Positions 40,089-48,927 are shown, numbered from the stretch's first letter. The stretch is DNA of 64,000 nucleotides from Thiogranum sp. (GCA_022340245.1 JAJDOI010000022.1:2394-66393); one strand, 5' to 3'. The notes: generated by a model from the letters alone, not told the origin. Translations and numbers: made by a program.

Positions 40089-40182
40089 AATATACCGACA
40101 GCGACAATTATATCTTAAACCACCAGATAGCAGGGTGATTAACGCTAACCACAAGCCTCGCCAAACACGTAAGTCTTGTTGA

Positions 40183-40269
40183 AGGCCCCAAATTCCCGCC
40201 AATACGATAGCCAGATGCATCTGCCCCACGCCCGGCGGTACCGGCAAGACAACGTTCTCGGCCGATCCA
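40183..40269 (+). pseudogene. Relic of a P-loop (AAA+-like GPPGTGKT-type) ATPase gene inside about 0.9 kb of sequence without an intact ORF
   Basis: A frame-1 open stretch of only 29 codons between stops reads ...ICPTPGGTGKTTFSADP. About 63 codons downstream, in another plus frame, SLLIVHS... sits where a Walker B would be, and that stretch (40434-40562) has very GC-rich third positions. I could not reconstruct a full-length frame. Confidence 0.3.
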
Positions 40270-40967
40270 TAAGCCAAGCCGCCTGGCGCCACTTGTGGCA
40301 GCCCGTATCGAACCGCGCAGTGATTAAAACCGCGCCGACGCAAATTCCTGCTCCCGGCCTGCATCTTCTGCGTACAGGCAGGATACCCCAGATATCTCGA
40401 GAGAATCCACCCGAAAAATGGCTGTCGTGTGCGCACTCCCTGCTGATCGTCCATTCCCGGAACGCTCTCGCCCGCGCCTTCTTCCGTTTTGCCGGCGATA
40501 TCCTGGCGAAAGACCGCAGCCGCCTCTGCCCGCCTGGCGCCCCGGCCAGTCTCATTGCCTGATAGTATGAATTCCGACTCTCGCTCGGCCGCCTTCAAGC
40601 ACACAGCAGGGGGGCTCCCGCCGTTCATATCCAGCGAAAGGGCGCTTGTTTGTCCCTTGTGGAGGGGTTGTCGGTTGTTTGCAAGTAAACGGGGAACTCC
40701 TCCCCGGTACACCCACGACTCAACATGCAGCCAACACTGATAGCCACTTCCTGCTGTTCCTTTGCGATGGCAATGATGTGGCACCGCGGCTTGCCCTCGA
40801 AGCGTATACGACGGTCACGGCGCAAGATTTTTTTACGCTGATTGCCATTATGGGAACAGCAAAGCCGAGCCGTGCTTCGTTTGAAACGGCCAACAGCATA
40901 CAGCGGTGGTTCTTCAAACGGTATATTTGTGCGATACTTTAGCGAGAATTCCCCAGGAGCCCGCAGG

Positions 40968-42680
40968 ATGAAGCCGATTAAAAACATCATCATTCTCGGT
41001 GCCGGTACCGGAGGTACGCTACTGGCCAATATGCTCACCGGCAAACTTAACATGAAGGAATGGGCCCTCACCATTATCGACCGTTCCGACGAGCATCATT
41101 ATCAGCCCGGCTGCCTGTTCATACCGTTTCGCCTCTATGGCTACGAAAACCGCGACGATATCGCCCGGGACATTCACGAACCGCTGCCAAAGAGCGTGAA
41201 TTTCGTAAAAGCCGTGGTCGAACTGATCGATCACGAGCATCGTCAGGTCAAGACCAGTGCCGGCGACTTCGCTTACGACTGGCTGGTATCGACGCTGGGT
41301 TGCCGCATCGTACCGGAAGAAGTCACTGGTCTGGCTGAAGCGATGGGCGACAACGCGTTCACTTTTTATACTCTGGATGGCGCCCTTGAGTTCCAGAAGG
41401 CGCTCGACAACATGCACTCGGGAAAACTGGTCATCGATATCGCAGACATGCCCATCAAGTGTCCCGTTGCCCCGATCGAATTCGCCTTCCTGGCCGACTA
41501 CTATTTTCACCTCAAGGGCGTCCGCCAGGATGTGGATATCAGCCTGGTGACGCCGTTTTCCGGTGCCTTTACCAAACCCAACGCCAACCGTATTCTTACC
41601 CGGATCGCGGAACAAAAGAATATCACTGTGGTTCCCAATTTCTCCATCGAGCGTGTCGATGCGGTAAACCGCCGCATCCATTCCTTCGAAGGCGAGAGTG
41701 TGGACTACGACATACTCTGTAGCATTCCACCCAATCTCGGTCCCAAAGTCATCGATGACTCCGGGCTGGGAGACGGCACCGGTTACGGTCTGACGGACCC
41801 GCGCACGCTGAAGTGCAAAAAGGCCGACCGCATCTATTTCATGGGCGACAACTCCAACGTGGCAACCTCCAAGGCCGGTTCCGTGGCGCACTTCGAGGCC
41901 GAGACGGTCATTGAAAACCTGATGCGTGAAATGGAAGGCAAGAAACCCGTTCCCAGCTTCGACGGGCACGCCAACTGTTTCATCGAGTCCGGTTATCACA
42001 AGGCACTGCTGCTGGACTTCAACTACGACATGGAGCCGCTGGAAGGCTCTTACCCCATGCCGGCGTTCGGGCCGTTCGCCCTGCTCAAGGAAACCCACAT
42101 GAACCACATCGGCAAGATTGCGTTCGACTGGGTTTACTGGCACATGCTACTGCCGGGCTATCTGCCCATGGTGCCACTGCTGCCGTCGCAGATGAATTTC
42201 GTCGGCAAAGACCTGACCACGGCCCCGGAAATCCGCCGCTCCAGAGCGCTTAAGGTGAAAGACATCATGACGACGGGTGTACTTACTGTGCAGACCGGTA
42301 CCCCCCTGACCAAGGCGGCCGCCTACATGGCCGAACACAATGTCAGCAGCCTGCCGGTGGTCGATGTCGACAACAAGCTGATCGGCATCATCACCGAGTC
42401 TGACTTCCTGGCGGCGCTGAACATCAACGAGGATTCGGCCATGACGGAGATGTTCGACATGATCATTCGTCGCAAGCGGCCCACCAAAACCCGTGGCACC
42501 AGCGTGGACGGGCTGATGACCCGCGACCCGATCACCATTAAGCAAGACGATACCGTCAGCCGGGCCATCCAGGTGATGGACAGAAACAAGATCAAACGGC
42601 TGGTCATCACCGACGCAGAGCACCACGTGCAGGGTATCATTTCCCGGCCCGACCTGATGAGCCTGTACACAGCAAGGTAA
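40968..42680 (+). CDS. Sulfide:quinone oxidoreductase-like flavoprotein fused to a C-terminal CBS-domain pair
   Basis: The ATG at 40968 gives 570 aa. Motifs: FAD fold IIILGAGTGGTLLAN, SQR-family Cys motifs IKCPVAPIEFAFL and HANCFIESG, and GDNSNVATSKAG. Two CBS domains lie at 42252-42677 (IMTTGVLTV...SSLPVVD...IGIITESD; LMTRDPITI...KRLVITD...GIISRPD). Confidence 0.85.
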   Translation: MKPIKNIIILGAGTGGTLLANMLTGKLNMKEWALTIIDRSDEHHYQPGCLFIPFRLYGYENRDDIARDIHEPLPKSVNFVKAVVELIDHEHRQVKTSAGDFAYDWLVSTLGCRIVPEEVTGLAEAMGDNAFTFYTLDGALEFQKALDNMHSGKLVIDIADMPIKCPVAPIEFAFLADYYFHLKGVRQDVDISLVTPFSGAFTKPNANRILTRIAEQKNITVVPNFSIERVDAVNRRIHSFEGESVDYDILCSIPPNLGPKVIDDSGLGDGTGYGLTDPRTLKCKKADRIYFMGDNSNVATSKAGSVAHFEAETVIENLMREMEGKKPVPSFDGHANCFIESGYHKALLLDFNYDMEPLEGSYPMPAFGPFALLKETHMNHIGKIAFDWVYWHMLLPGYLPMVPLLPSQMNFVGKDLTTAPEIRRSRALKVKDIMTTGVLTVQTGTPLTKAAAYMAEHNVSSLPVVDVDNKLIGIITESDFLAALNINEDSAMTEMFDMIIRRKRPTKTRGTSVDGLMTRDPITIKQDDTVSRAIQVMDRNKIKRLVITDAEHHVQGIISRPDLMSLYTAR

Positions 42681-42690
42681 TCCCGTCGTC

Positions 42691-44325
42691 GTGGAAAAAT
42701 ACGACACGCTGCTGCGTCTGCTGATCCTGCTTGCGGGTTTCGCGATCATCCCGCAGGCACAGGCAGCCGGCTGCCTGGACTGTCACCGGGACATGCGACA
42801 GGGCCTTTCTCCCGCGCACGCTGCTTTGGCCGATGACTGCAGCCGCTGCCATGCAGGTCAGGACGATGCGCCAGCGAAAGACACCGCACACACCGGTATG
42901 CTGGCTTTTCCGGGCAACCTCGGTAACGCTGCCCGTGCCTGTGGCCAGTGTCACGCCGACAAGGTCGACAGCGTCAACCACAGCCTGATGCATACCGGCC
43001 GGGGCATGATCGAGACCACGCGGCAGGTGTTTGCTGAAACCACCGACCGGCCCGGCCACAATGATCTGCAGCACCTGACGCAGTCACCTGCCGACAGCCT
43101 GCTGCGTAAACTGTGCGCGAGCTGTCACCTGGGACAGCCAAAGACGGTCCGCCGGATAGATGCCACCAGCGACCGCGGTGGCGGCTGCCTGGCCTGTCAC
43201 ATCGATCACTACCCCGGGCAAGGGCATCCGGCCCTGACCGCCCGGGTCAGTGATGCCCGCTGTTTCGGCTGTCACTCGCGCTCCGGCCGTATTTCGCTGA
43301 GTTATGCCGGCCTGGCCGAAGTCGACGACACCGACCGCGCCGCAACTGCCGCCACCGGCCGGTTGAACGACGGTCGCCGCGTCGAGTTCCGCAGCGATGA
43401 CCGGCACCATGCGGCCGGCATGAGTTGTATCGACTGCCACACCGTCAGGGATCTGATGGGCACGGGCGCCACCGCCAGTGCGCTAGCCGCCGGACAAACG
43501 CAGGTCGATATTGCCTGTGTCGACTGCCACGAGATAACCCGCACCATCAAGCTCAACCAGTGGCCCGACGATTACCGCCAGTTGCAGCAACGCATTCCCT
43601 TCCCCACCAGTGCGGACAGCCGTTTCGCGGTGACCGCCAGCGGCACCCCCCTGTGGCATATCGAACTGCGCGGTGACCAAACCCTGCTGCACCGCAAGGA
43701 CGGTCAGGGTACTCTGAGCATCCCGCCCTATCGTGCCAGCAGTCATCCGCTGGCAACACAGCACGCCCGCCTGAGCTGCTCGGCCTGCCATGCCGGTTGG
43801 GCACCGCAGTGTTACGGCTGCCACCTTCAGTATGACCCCGCAGGTCAACAGTTCGATCATGCATCCGGGAAAAAGACCAGGGGTTTATGGCGTGAGCTGC
43901 GCGCCACGGTGCGTAACGATCTGCCTCCGCTGGGTGTGACGCCGGGTAATCAGATCGTCCCGGTCGTACCCGGCATGATCATGACGGTCGAACACCCGGA
44001 CTGGCCGGTGCCGCATTTTGTGCGGCGCTTTGCCGCGCTCGAACCGCATACGACCGCATCCGCACGACCCTGCGAATCCTGTCATCGATCCTCAACCGCA
44101 CTGGGGCTGGGACAGGGAACGCTGCGGCAGAATAGTCAGGGCGTTACTTTCCAGCCGGACCTGGAACGACTCGAGGATGGACTCGCGGCAGATGCCTGGA
44201 CCAGCACCGACAAATTAGCGCCAAACGGCGCGGCGGCGGCAGTCCGCCCTTTCACCGGCAGCGAGATGAAGCGCATTCTGGCCACGCCACTGCCTGTAGC
44301 GGACAAAGCCGTCAACAGGGACTGA
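42691..44325 (+). CDS. Secreted multihaem c-type cytochrome with 11 CXXCH motifs
   Basis: 544 aa with a GTG start 10 nt after the SQR-CBS stop and a signal peptide ...AIIPQAQA/AG. Motifs counted by eye: CLDCH, CSRCH, CGQCH, CASCH, CLACH, CFGCH, CIDCH, CVDCH, CSACH, CYGCH, CESCH. Confidence 0.85.
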   Translation: MEKYDTLLRLLILLAGFAIIPQAQAAGCLDCHRDMRQGLSPAHAALADDCSRCHAGQDDAPAKDTAHTGMLAFPGNLGNAARACGQCHADKVDSVNHSLMHTGRGMIETTRQVFAETTDRPGHNDLQHLTQSPADSLLRKLCASCHLGQPKTVRRIDATSDRGGGCLACHIDHYPGQGHPALTARVSDARCFGCHSRSGRISLSYAGLAEVDDTDRAATAATGRLNDGRRVEFRSDDRHHAAGMSCIDCHTVRDLMGTGATASALAAGQTQVDIACVDCHEITRTIKLNQWPDDYRQLQQRIPFPTSADSRFAVTASGTPLWHIELRGDQTLLHRKDGQGTLSIPPYRASSHPLATQHARLSCSACHAGWAPQCYGCHLQYDPAGQQFDHASGKKTRGLWRELRATVRNDLPPLGVTPGNQIVPVVPGMIMTVEHPDWPVPHFVRRFAALEPHTTASARPCESCHRSSTALGLGQGTLRQNSQGVTFQPDLERLEDGLAADAWTSTDKLAPNGAAAAVRPFTGSEMKRILATPLPVADKAVNRD

Positions 44326-44486
44326 TCCTGCGGGCGCACGCAGCTTTGGTCAAACGCGGGCCGGCAGTTAGTTCTGCCTGTCGGTTATGTCTGCGTGACT
44401 GCATCTGCCGAAATGGCAATGTCTGTCACTGATTGCCTGCGGCACCGGGTAGGTGCTGTTGAGGTGCTGACAACTCGCTGCCTCGC

Positions 44487-45122
44487 TCAGCAGCCTTCGT
44501 GAGAGGGCGGTGGGAGCGTAGCCGCCGGTGGCGATACCGGGGGAACAAACGCCGGCACGACGGGTTTGCGCGGTGCCTGCGCTGTCTTGTCGCCGCCGAC
44601 GAAATAGCAGGCAATGGCCTGCTGTTCAGGTACGGCCGGATACTCGCCATCGGCCCGTGTCGGGGAAATATCGGGGTTGAGTACGTGCTGGGCCCAGAAG
44701 TTGTAACCGCCGAGCAGCAGGCTGGCATCGTAACCCGCCAGACGCAACAGCACCACGGCCTGGCCGGCGACTTCGGAACCCTGCGAATAGACGATGAGCT
44801 TGCGGTCTGTCGGTAACCCTTCAAGCTTCTCCGGCGTGACCAGCTCCGTCAGCAGCAGATTCTGCGCACCCTCGATATGCCCCTTTTCATAGTCTGCGGC
44901 CGGTCGCACATCGACGAGGACATAATCCTTGCGTCCCTCGATGATCCAGCGAGCCAGGTCATCAACCGGTACGCGGTCATCCTGGCGGGCCACAATCTGG
45001 GCTACCTGCTGAAAACTGTGTACCTGTTGCTGCGACAACCGGTCATCGTCGCCGCAGGCCGTGAGCAACAAGCCGGCCAGCAGCCACAGTGGCGGGGGGG
45101 GGTTGCATAGTCTTCGGCTCAT
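44487..45122 (-). CDS. Rhodanese-homology-domain lipoprotein lacking the catalytic cysteine, with a Pro-rich tail ending in Cys
   Basis: The ATG at 45120-45122 gives 211 aa with lipobox LLLTAC. The rhodanese fold is YVLVDVRPAADYEKGHIEGAQN...KLIVYSQGSEVAGQAVVLLRLAGYDASLLLGGYNFW, with Ser113 where the active-site Cys is expected. The tail is APRKPVVPAFVPPVSPPAATLPPPSHEGC-stop. Confidence 0.75.
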   Translation of the reverse strand: MSRRLCNPPPPLWLLAGLLLTACGDDDRLSQQQVHSFQQVAQIVARQDDRVPVDDLARWIIEGRKDYVLVDVRPAADYEKGHIEGAQNLLLTELVTPEKLEGLPTDRKLIVYSQGSEVAGQAVVLLRLAGYDASLLLGGYNFWAQHVLNPDISPTRADGEYPAVPEQQAIACYFVGGDKTAQAPRKPVVPAFVPPVSPPAATLPPPSHEGC

Positions 45123-45144
45123 GCGCGTGATCTCCGTGGCCGGC

Positions 45145-46140
45145 TCAGTGCAGCCGATCCAGTAGCTGTGTATTGAATTCGTTCTGGTAGTTGATCCAGG
45201 TGGTCTCCTGCCCCAGATCGACGGCAATAACGCGCAGCACATAACCACCCACCAGCACCAGTACCGGCGCCAGCATGAGGATACTGCTGGCACTGCCGCG
45301 GATTTCGAAATATTCCAGCGCAAGTGGCACCAGCAAGCCGAGTGCCACGAATACCACCCAGAACCAGCCGGTATAGCTGCCACCCATCAGCATGGCCGCG
45401 GCATCGAGTTGCGGTTTTGAGCCGGTAGTCAGGTTGATCAGCAGCAGCGCCACAACGAGCAGTTCAACCACAATAAGCCCGGCATCGATGCGGGTGAGCA
45501 GACGGCGTTCGCTGTGCTGGCGCGCGATCAGGGCGGTCAAGGCAGCGCCGGTGGACAAACCCGATACCAGGAACAGAGGCCCCAGCAGCCCGGTATTCCA
45601 GAATGGCCGCGCGCTGAAGGCGCTGAGCAGGATACCGGTGTAGATCCCCAGGGCAACGGCAATCGGGATCGCCAGCCAGGCGATCAGGCGCTGGTAGCGT
45701 TCGACCAGATCCAGCAGGCCCGCCACCGGCGGTATGTCGTTCACCAGATTGGCGACATAAGGATAGCCCTTCCTTAACGTCGACAGGATCTGCAGGATAC
45801 CTACCGGGTAGAACAGGATCAGAATCCAGGCGCCGTAAGACATCGGCGAGGTCGGCTCGAAGGTGGTGTAGAAACGCCACACGAACAGCTTGTGCGACAG
45901 GTCGAGAAACAGCGTCGTCATACCCAGCGACAACACCACCGGTCCCAGCAGTGCCAGGCCATTAACCGAAAACGGCGCCTCGTCGTCCTTGTTCAGTAAC
46001 AGCATCAATGCCGAGAAAAACATAATGCCGGCGGCCAGGCCGCCGAGAAACAGGTAGACCGAGATCTCCCAACCCCATACGCTCATAACCGGATCGATGT
46101 GCGGGTTGCTGCGTACGCTTACCAGGATTTCTTCGAGCAT
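45145..46140 (-). CDS. NrfD/PsrC-family quinol-interacting membrane subunit
   Basis: 331 aa polytopic membrane protein (about 8 TM helices) directly downstream of the FeS subunit. WGWEISVYLFLGGLAAG is typical of the NrfD family. Confidence 0.85.
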   Translation of the reverse strand: MLEEILVSVRSNPHIDPVMSVWGWEISVYLFLGGLAAGIMFFSALMLLLNKDDEAPFSVNGLALLGPVVLSLGMTTLFLDLSHKLFVWRFYTTFEPTSPMSYGAWILILFYPVGILQILSTLRKGYPYVANLVNDIPPVAGLLDLVERYQRLIAWLAIPIAVALGIYTGILLSAFSARPFWNTGLLGPLFLVSGLSTGAALTALIARQHSERRLLTRIDAGLIVVELLVVALLLINLTTGSKPQLDAAAMLMGGSYTGWFWVVFVALGLLVPLALEYFEIRGSASSILMLAPVLVLVGGYVLRVIAVDLGQETTWINYQNEFNTQLLDRLH

Positions 46141-46153
46141 GGCCGCGGCGTCC

Positions 46154-46696
46154 TCAGATCAGGTAGTAGACGTTGGGTTCATTACCGGTCTCCGGCGCCA
46201 GCACCTTGTGCTCGCGCGTGCGCAACAGCTCGCTGACGTTGCTGGAAGGATCATCCAGCAGGCCGAAATGCATGCAGTGCGTCGGACAGGTCGAGACGCA
46301 GGCCGGGTCCAGTCCCTTTTCGACACGGTGGTGGCAGAAGGTGCATTTATCGATATAGCCGCCGGGGTGCATGATGAGACGCGCGTCGTAGGGACAGGCG
46401 GCGATACAGGCCTTGCAGCCGGTACACTTGTTGGGGTCGACCAGCACAATATTGGTGCCGTTCCAATGGTGGCTGGCACCCGTCGGACACATGTAGACAC
46501 AGGTTGCGTGCGAACAATGATTGCAGCGCTCGGAGCGGAACTCGGTCTTGAGATTCGGATAGGTCCCCTGCGTGGCTTCCACCACCCAGTCGCGGTTAAG
46601 CCCTTCCGGCACCTTGTTCTCGGTCTTGCAGGCGACCACGCAGTCGCAGCAGCCGATACACAGCTTGGTGTCAATGACCATCGCATAGTGTGCCAT
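46154..46696 (-). CDS. 4Fe-4S ferredoxin-type electron-transfer subunit (PsrB/PhsB-like)
   Basis: The ATG at 46694-46696 gives 180 aa with four Cys clusters: CIGCCDCVVAC, CNHCSHATCVYMCP, CTGCKACIAACP and CTFCHHR...CVSTCP. Confidence 0.92.
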   Translation of the reverse strand: MAHYAMVIDTKLCIGCCDCVVACKTENKVPEGLNRDWVVEATQGTYPNLKTEFRSERCNHCSHATCVYMCPTGASHHWNGTNIVLVDPNKCTGCKACIAACPYDARLIMHPGGYIDKCTFCHHRVEKGLDPACVSTCPTHCMHFGLLDDPSSNVSELLRTREHKVLAPETGNEPNVYYLI

Positions 46697-46697
46697 G

Positions 46698-48887
46698 TCA
46701 GACTGTCTCCTTGACAATGGTGACGAAATTGCCACGCATGCCGGTACCACCCATTAGCGGATCGACTTTCACGTTGGTCATCAATTCTGAATCGTCGGCG
46801 CCCACCTCATGGGTCAGGTGCAGACGCCGCGAGCGGTGACCGAAGCCGTGTGCCATGAACACCGAGTCGGGCCGGATGCGTTCGGTGACACGCACCCGGA
46901 TCCGGTTGCTGACTATACCATCGGGATTTGCGAGTCGAACATACTCACCGTTAGTGAGTCCCTTTTCATTGGCGACCAGCGGATTTACCCACAGGGTGTT
47001 CTCCGGCGCCAGTTGGAACAGTAACGGGTTGTTGGTGGTCTTGCCGAAGGTATGCGCCGGCATACGCCCGTAGTTCAACCGGTAAAAACCCTCCGGGGGC
47101 TGTTCCGGCCGCGTATATTCGGGCATCGGGTCGAAGCCCTTGTCGGCCAGTTGCTGTGAGTACAGTTCGATCTTGCCGCTTGGCGTGTAGAAGTGAACCG
47201 CCTGGCCGGGACTGAAGTATCTGGGCCGTGTGCGCGGAAAGTTCTTGATGCCGGTCTTTTTCATCTCTTCCAGCGACGAGCCCACCTGTTTGAGCTGCCA
47301 GTCGATCACTTCGGCATAGTCCTCCCAGGGGAAATACTTATCCAGGCCGAGACGTTGACCCAGCTGCTTGGCGATCCACCAGCCGGGCTTGCTGTCGAAA
47401 CGCGGCTCGAAGGCCGGCATGCGCAACGCCAGCGACGGATGCCGTTCGCCGGCATTGCGCAGGTCGTCGTAGCGTTCCAGATAAGTGCACTCCGGCAGCA
47501 CAACATCGGCGTAGCCGGTGATTTCCATGGGCATGGTGTCAACCACCACCACCAGTTCCAGCGAGTCCATGGCTGCCTTGAGCTGTGGCCGGATGCCGGG
47601 AATGGTCATCGGCAGGTTGGTGCCGTAGACCAGCCAGCCCTTGTAGTGTGCGTCTGGCCCGATGGAGGCTTCGATCAATGCGTTGCTGACGCCCTCATTG
47701 GCGAAGGGGTAACGGTCACCGTGCGCGGTTCGGAAGGTGGTCTTCGGTTTCGGGTAGTCCGGCAGCGGATACTTTGGCAGCTGCACGCTCTCCTTTATAT
47801 AAAGACCACCCTTGTGCCCCCAGCTGCCCAGCAGGGCGTTGAGTATGGCAATGGCGCGGGAGCGCTGGGTGTCGTCGCCGTACCAGACCGTATGCCGGCC
47901 CGGGTGGACCAGCGTCGCCGGCGCGCTGGCCGCCATTTCCCGCGCCGTGGTGCGAATCAACCGGGGTTCGATGCCGGTTTCCAGGTAGACCCACTCGGGT
48001 GAATAGCGCGCCACGTGCTCGGCCAGCTGGTCGAAACCGGTGGCATAGCGCTCGATGTAGTCCTTGTCGTAGAGGTTCTCGTCGATCAATACGTGCATCC
48101 ACGCCAGCAGTAACGCGATATCGGTGCCCGGCTCGATCGGCAACCAGTACTTCGACTTGCCGGCAGGAACCGAAAAGCGCGGATCGACGGTAATCAGCGT
48201 GGCATCCCGGCGCATGGCGGCGGCCAGTGTCTGCACCTGTCCGTTGTGCAGGTTCTCGCCGATGTGCGAACCGATCAGCACGATACAGCGCGAATGTTCC
48301 ATGTCGGTGCGCTCGGGGGAGCCCAGGCCTTCGCCGAAGGTCAGCTCGAAACCGACGTCACGCGGCCCGCGACACTGGGCAAAGGCCGGTTCGGCATTGC
48401 TGCCGGAACCGTAGGCGCGCATCAGGTGCTTGAAGTGGTTGGCGCCGGAACCGTGATTCAACAAGGCTGTGCGGTCTGGGCCGTAGTCCGCGGCGATAGA
48501 CTGCAGACGCTTGGCGACAAAATCCAGTGCTTCCTCCCATGAGACTTCGCGGAAAGTCTGGCGGCCATCTGCTCCGGTCACGCGCAGCAGTGGCTTTTTC
48601 AGCCGGTCACGGTCTTCATAGCTGCCCAGCCCGCCGGTGCCACGGGTGCACAGACGACCCTCGCTGTGCAGGTCGGTGTCATTACCTGTCACTTTCCACG
48701 CCTGGCCGTTTTCCTGCTCAACGAAGGCCGCACATTTCCAGAAACACATGTCGCAGTAGGTCGGCGTGCGACTGACTTTCCCCTCCCCGGGTAGCGGGTG
48801 TGCGCTGCAACCACCCAGCAACAGCGGTGAAACCACCGCTCCAGCACCCATCAAGCCGGATACCTTTATAAACTCCCGACGATTCAA
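46698..48887 (-). CDS. Tat-exported molybdopterin oxidoreductase catalytic subunit of the PsrA/PhsA (polysulfide/thiosulfate reductase-like) family
   Basis: The proposed TTG start at 48885-48887 has GGAG 8 nt upstream and gives MNRREFIKVSGLMGAGAVV (twin-arginine signal). The N-terminal FeS motif is YCDMCFWKC...CTRG, followed by molybdopterin-binding regions and a C-terminal beta-barrel (GEYVRLANPDG...VRVTERIRPD). The substrate cannot be read from the sequence. Confidence 0.88.
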   Translation of the reverse strand: MNRREFIKVSGLMGAGAVVSPLLLGGCSAHPLPGEGKVSRTPTYCDMCFWKCAAFVEQENGQAWKVTGNDTDLHSEGRLCTRGTGGLGSYEDRDRLKKPLLRVTGADGRQTFREVSWEEALDFVAKRLQSIAADYGPDRTALLNHGSGANHFKHLMRAYGSGSNAEPAFAQCRGPRDVGFELTFGEGLGSPERTDMEHSRCIVLIGSHIGENLHNGQVQTLAAAMRRDATLITVDPRFSVPAGKSKYWLPIEPGTDIALLLAWMHVLIDENLYDKDYIERYATGFDQLAEHVARYSPEWVYLETGIEPRLIRTTAREMAASAPATLVHPGRHTVWYGDDTQRSRAIAILNALLGSWGHKGGLYIKESVQLPKYPLPDYPKPKTTFRTAHGDRYPFANEGVSNALIEASIGPDAHYKGWLVYGTNLPMTIPGIRPQLKAAMDSLELVVVVDTMPMEITGYADVVLPECTYLERYDDLRNAGERHPSLALRMPAFEPRFDSKPGWWIAKQLGQRLGLDKYFPWEDYAEVIDWQLKQVGSSLEEMKKTGIKNFPRTRPRYFSPGQAVHFYTPSGKIELYSQQLADKGFDPMPEYTRPEQPPEGFYRLNYGRMPAHTFGKTTNNPLLFQLAPENTLWVNPLVANEKGLTNGEYVRLANPDGIVSNRIRVRVTERIRPDSVFMAHGFGHRSRRLHLTHEVGADDSELMTNVKVDPLMGGTGMRGNFVTIVKETV

Positions 48888-48927
48888 AGGAACGACTCCA
48901 TCGTGCGGAGAGTGCTCGGACCAGTCC

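Noticed and set aside
39960-40784. 274-aa minus-strand ORF (and the 136-aa and 149-aa ORFs around it) as real genes.
   Set aside because: It overlaps the N-terminus of the cytochrome gene, is Trp/Arg/Gly-rich with no motif, and is codon-aligned antisense to the plus-strand P-loop relic and to a stretch with better plus-strand third-position bias.
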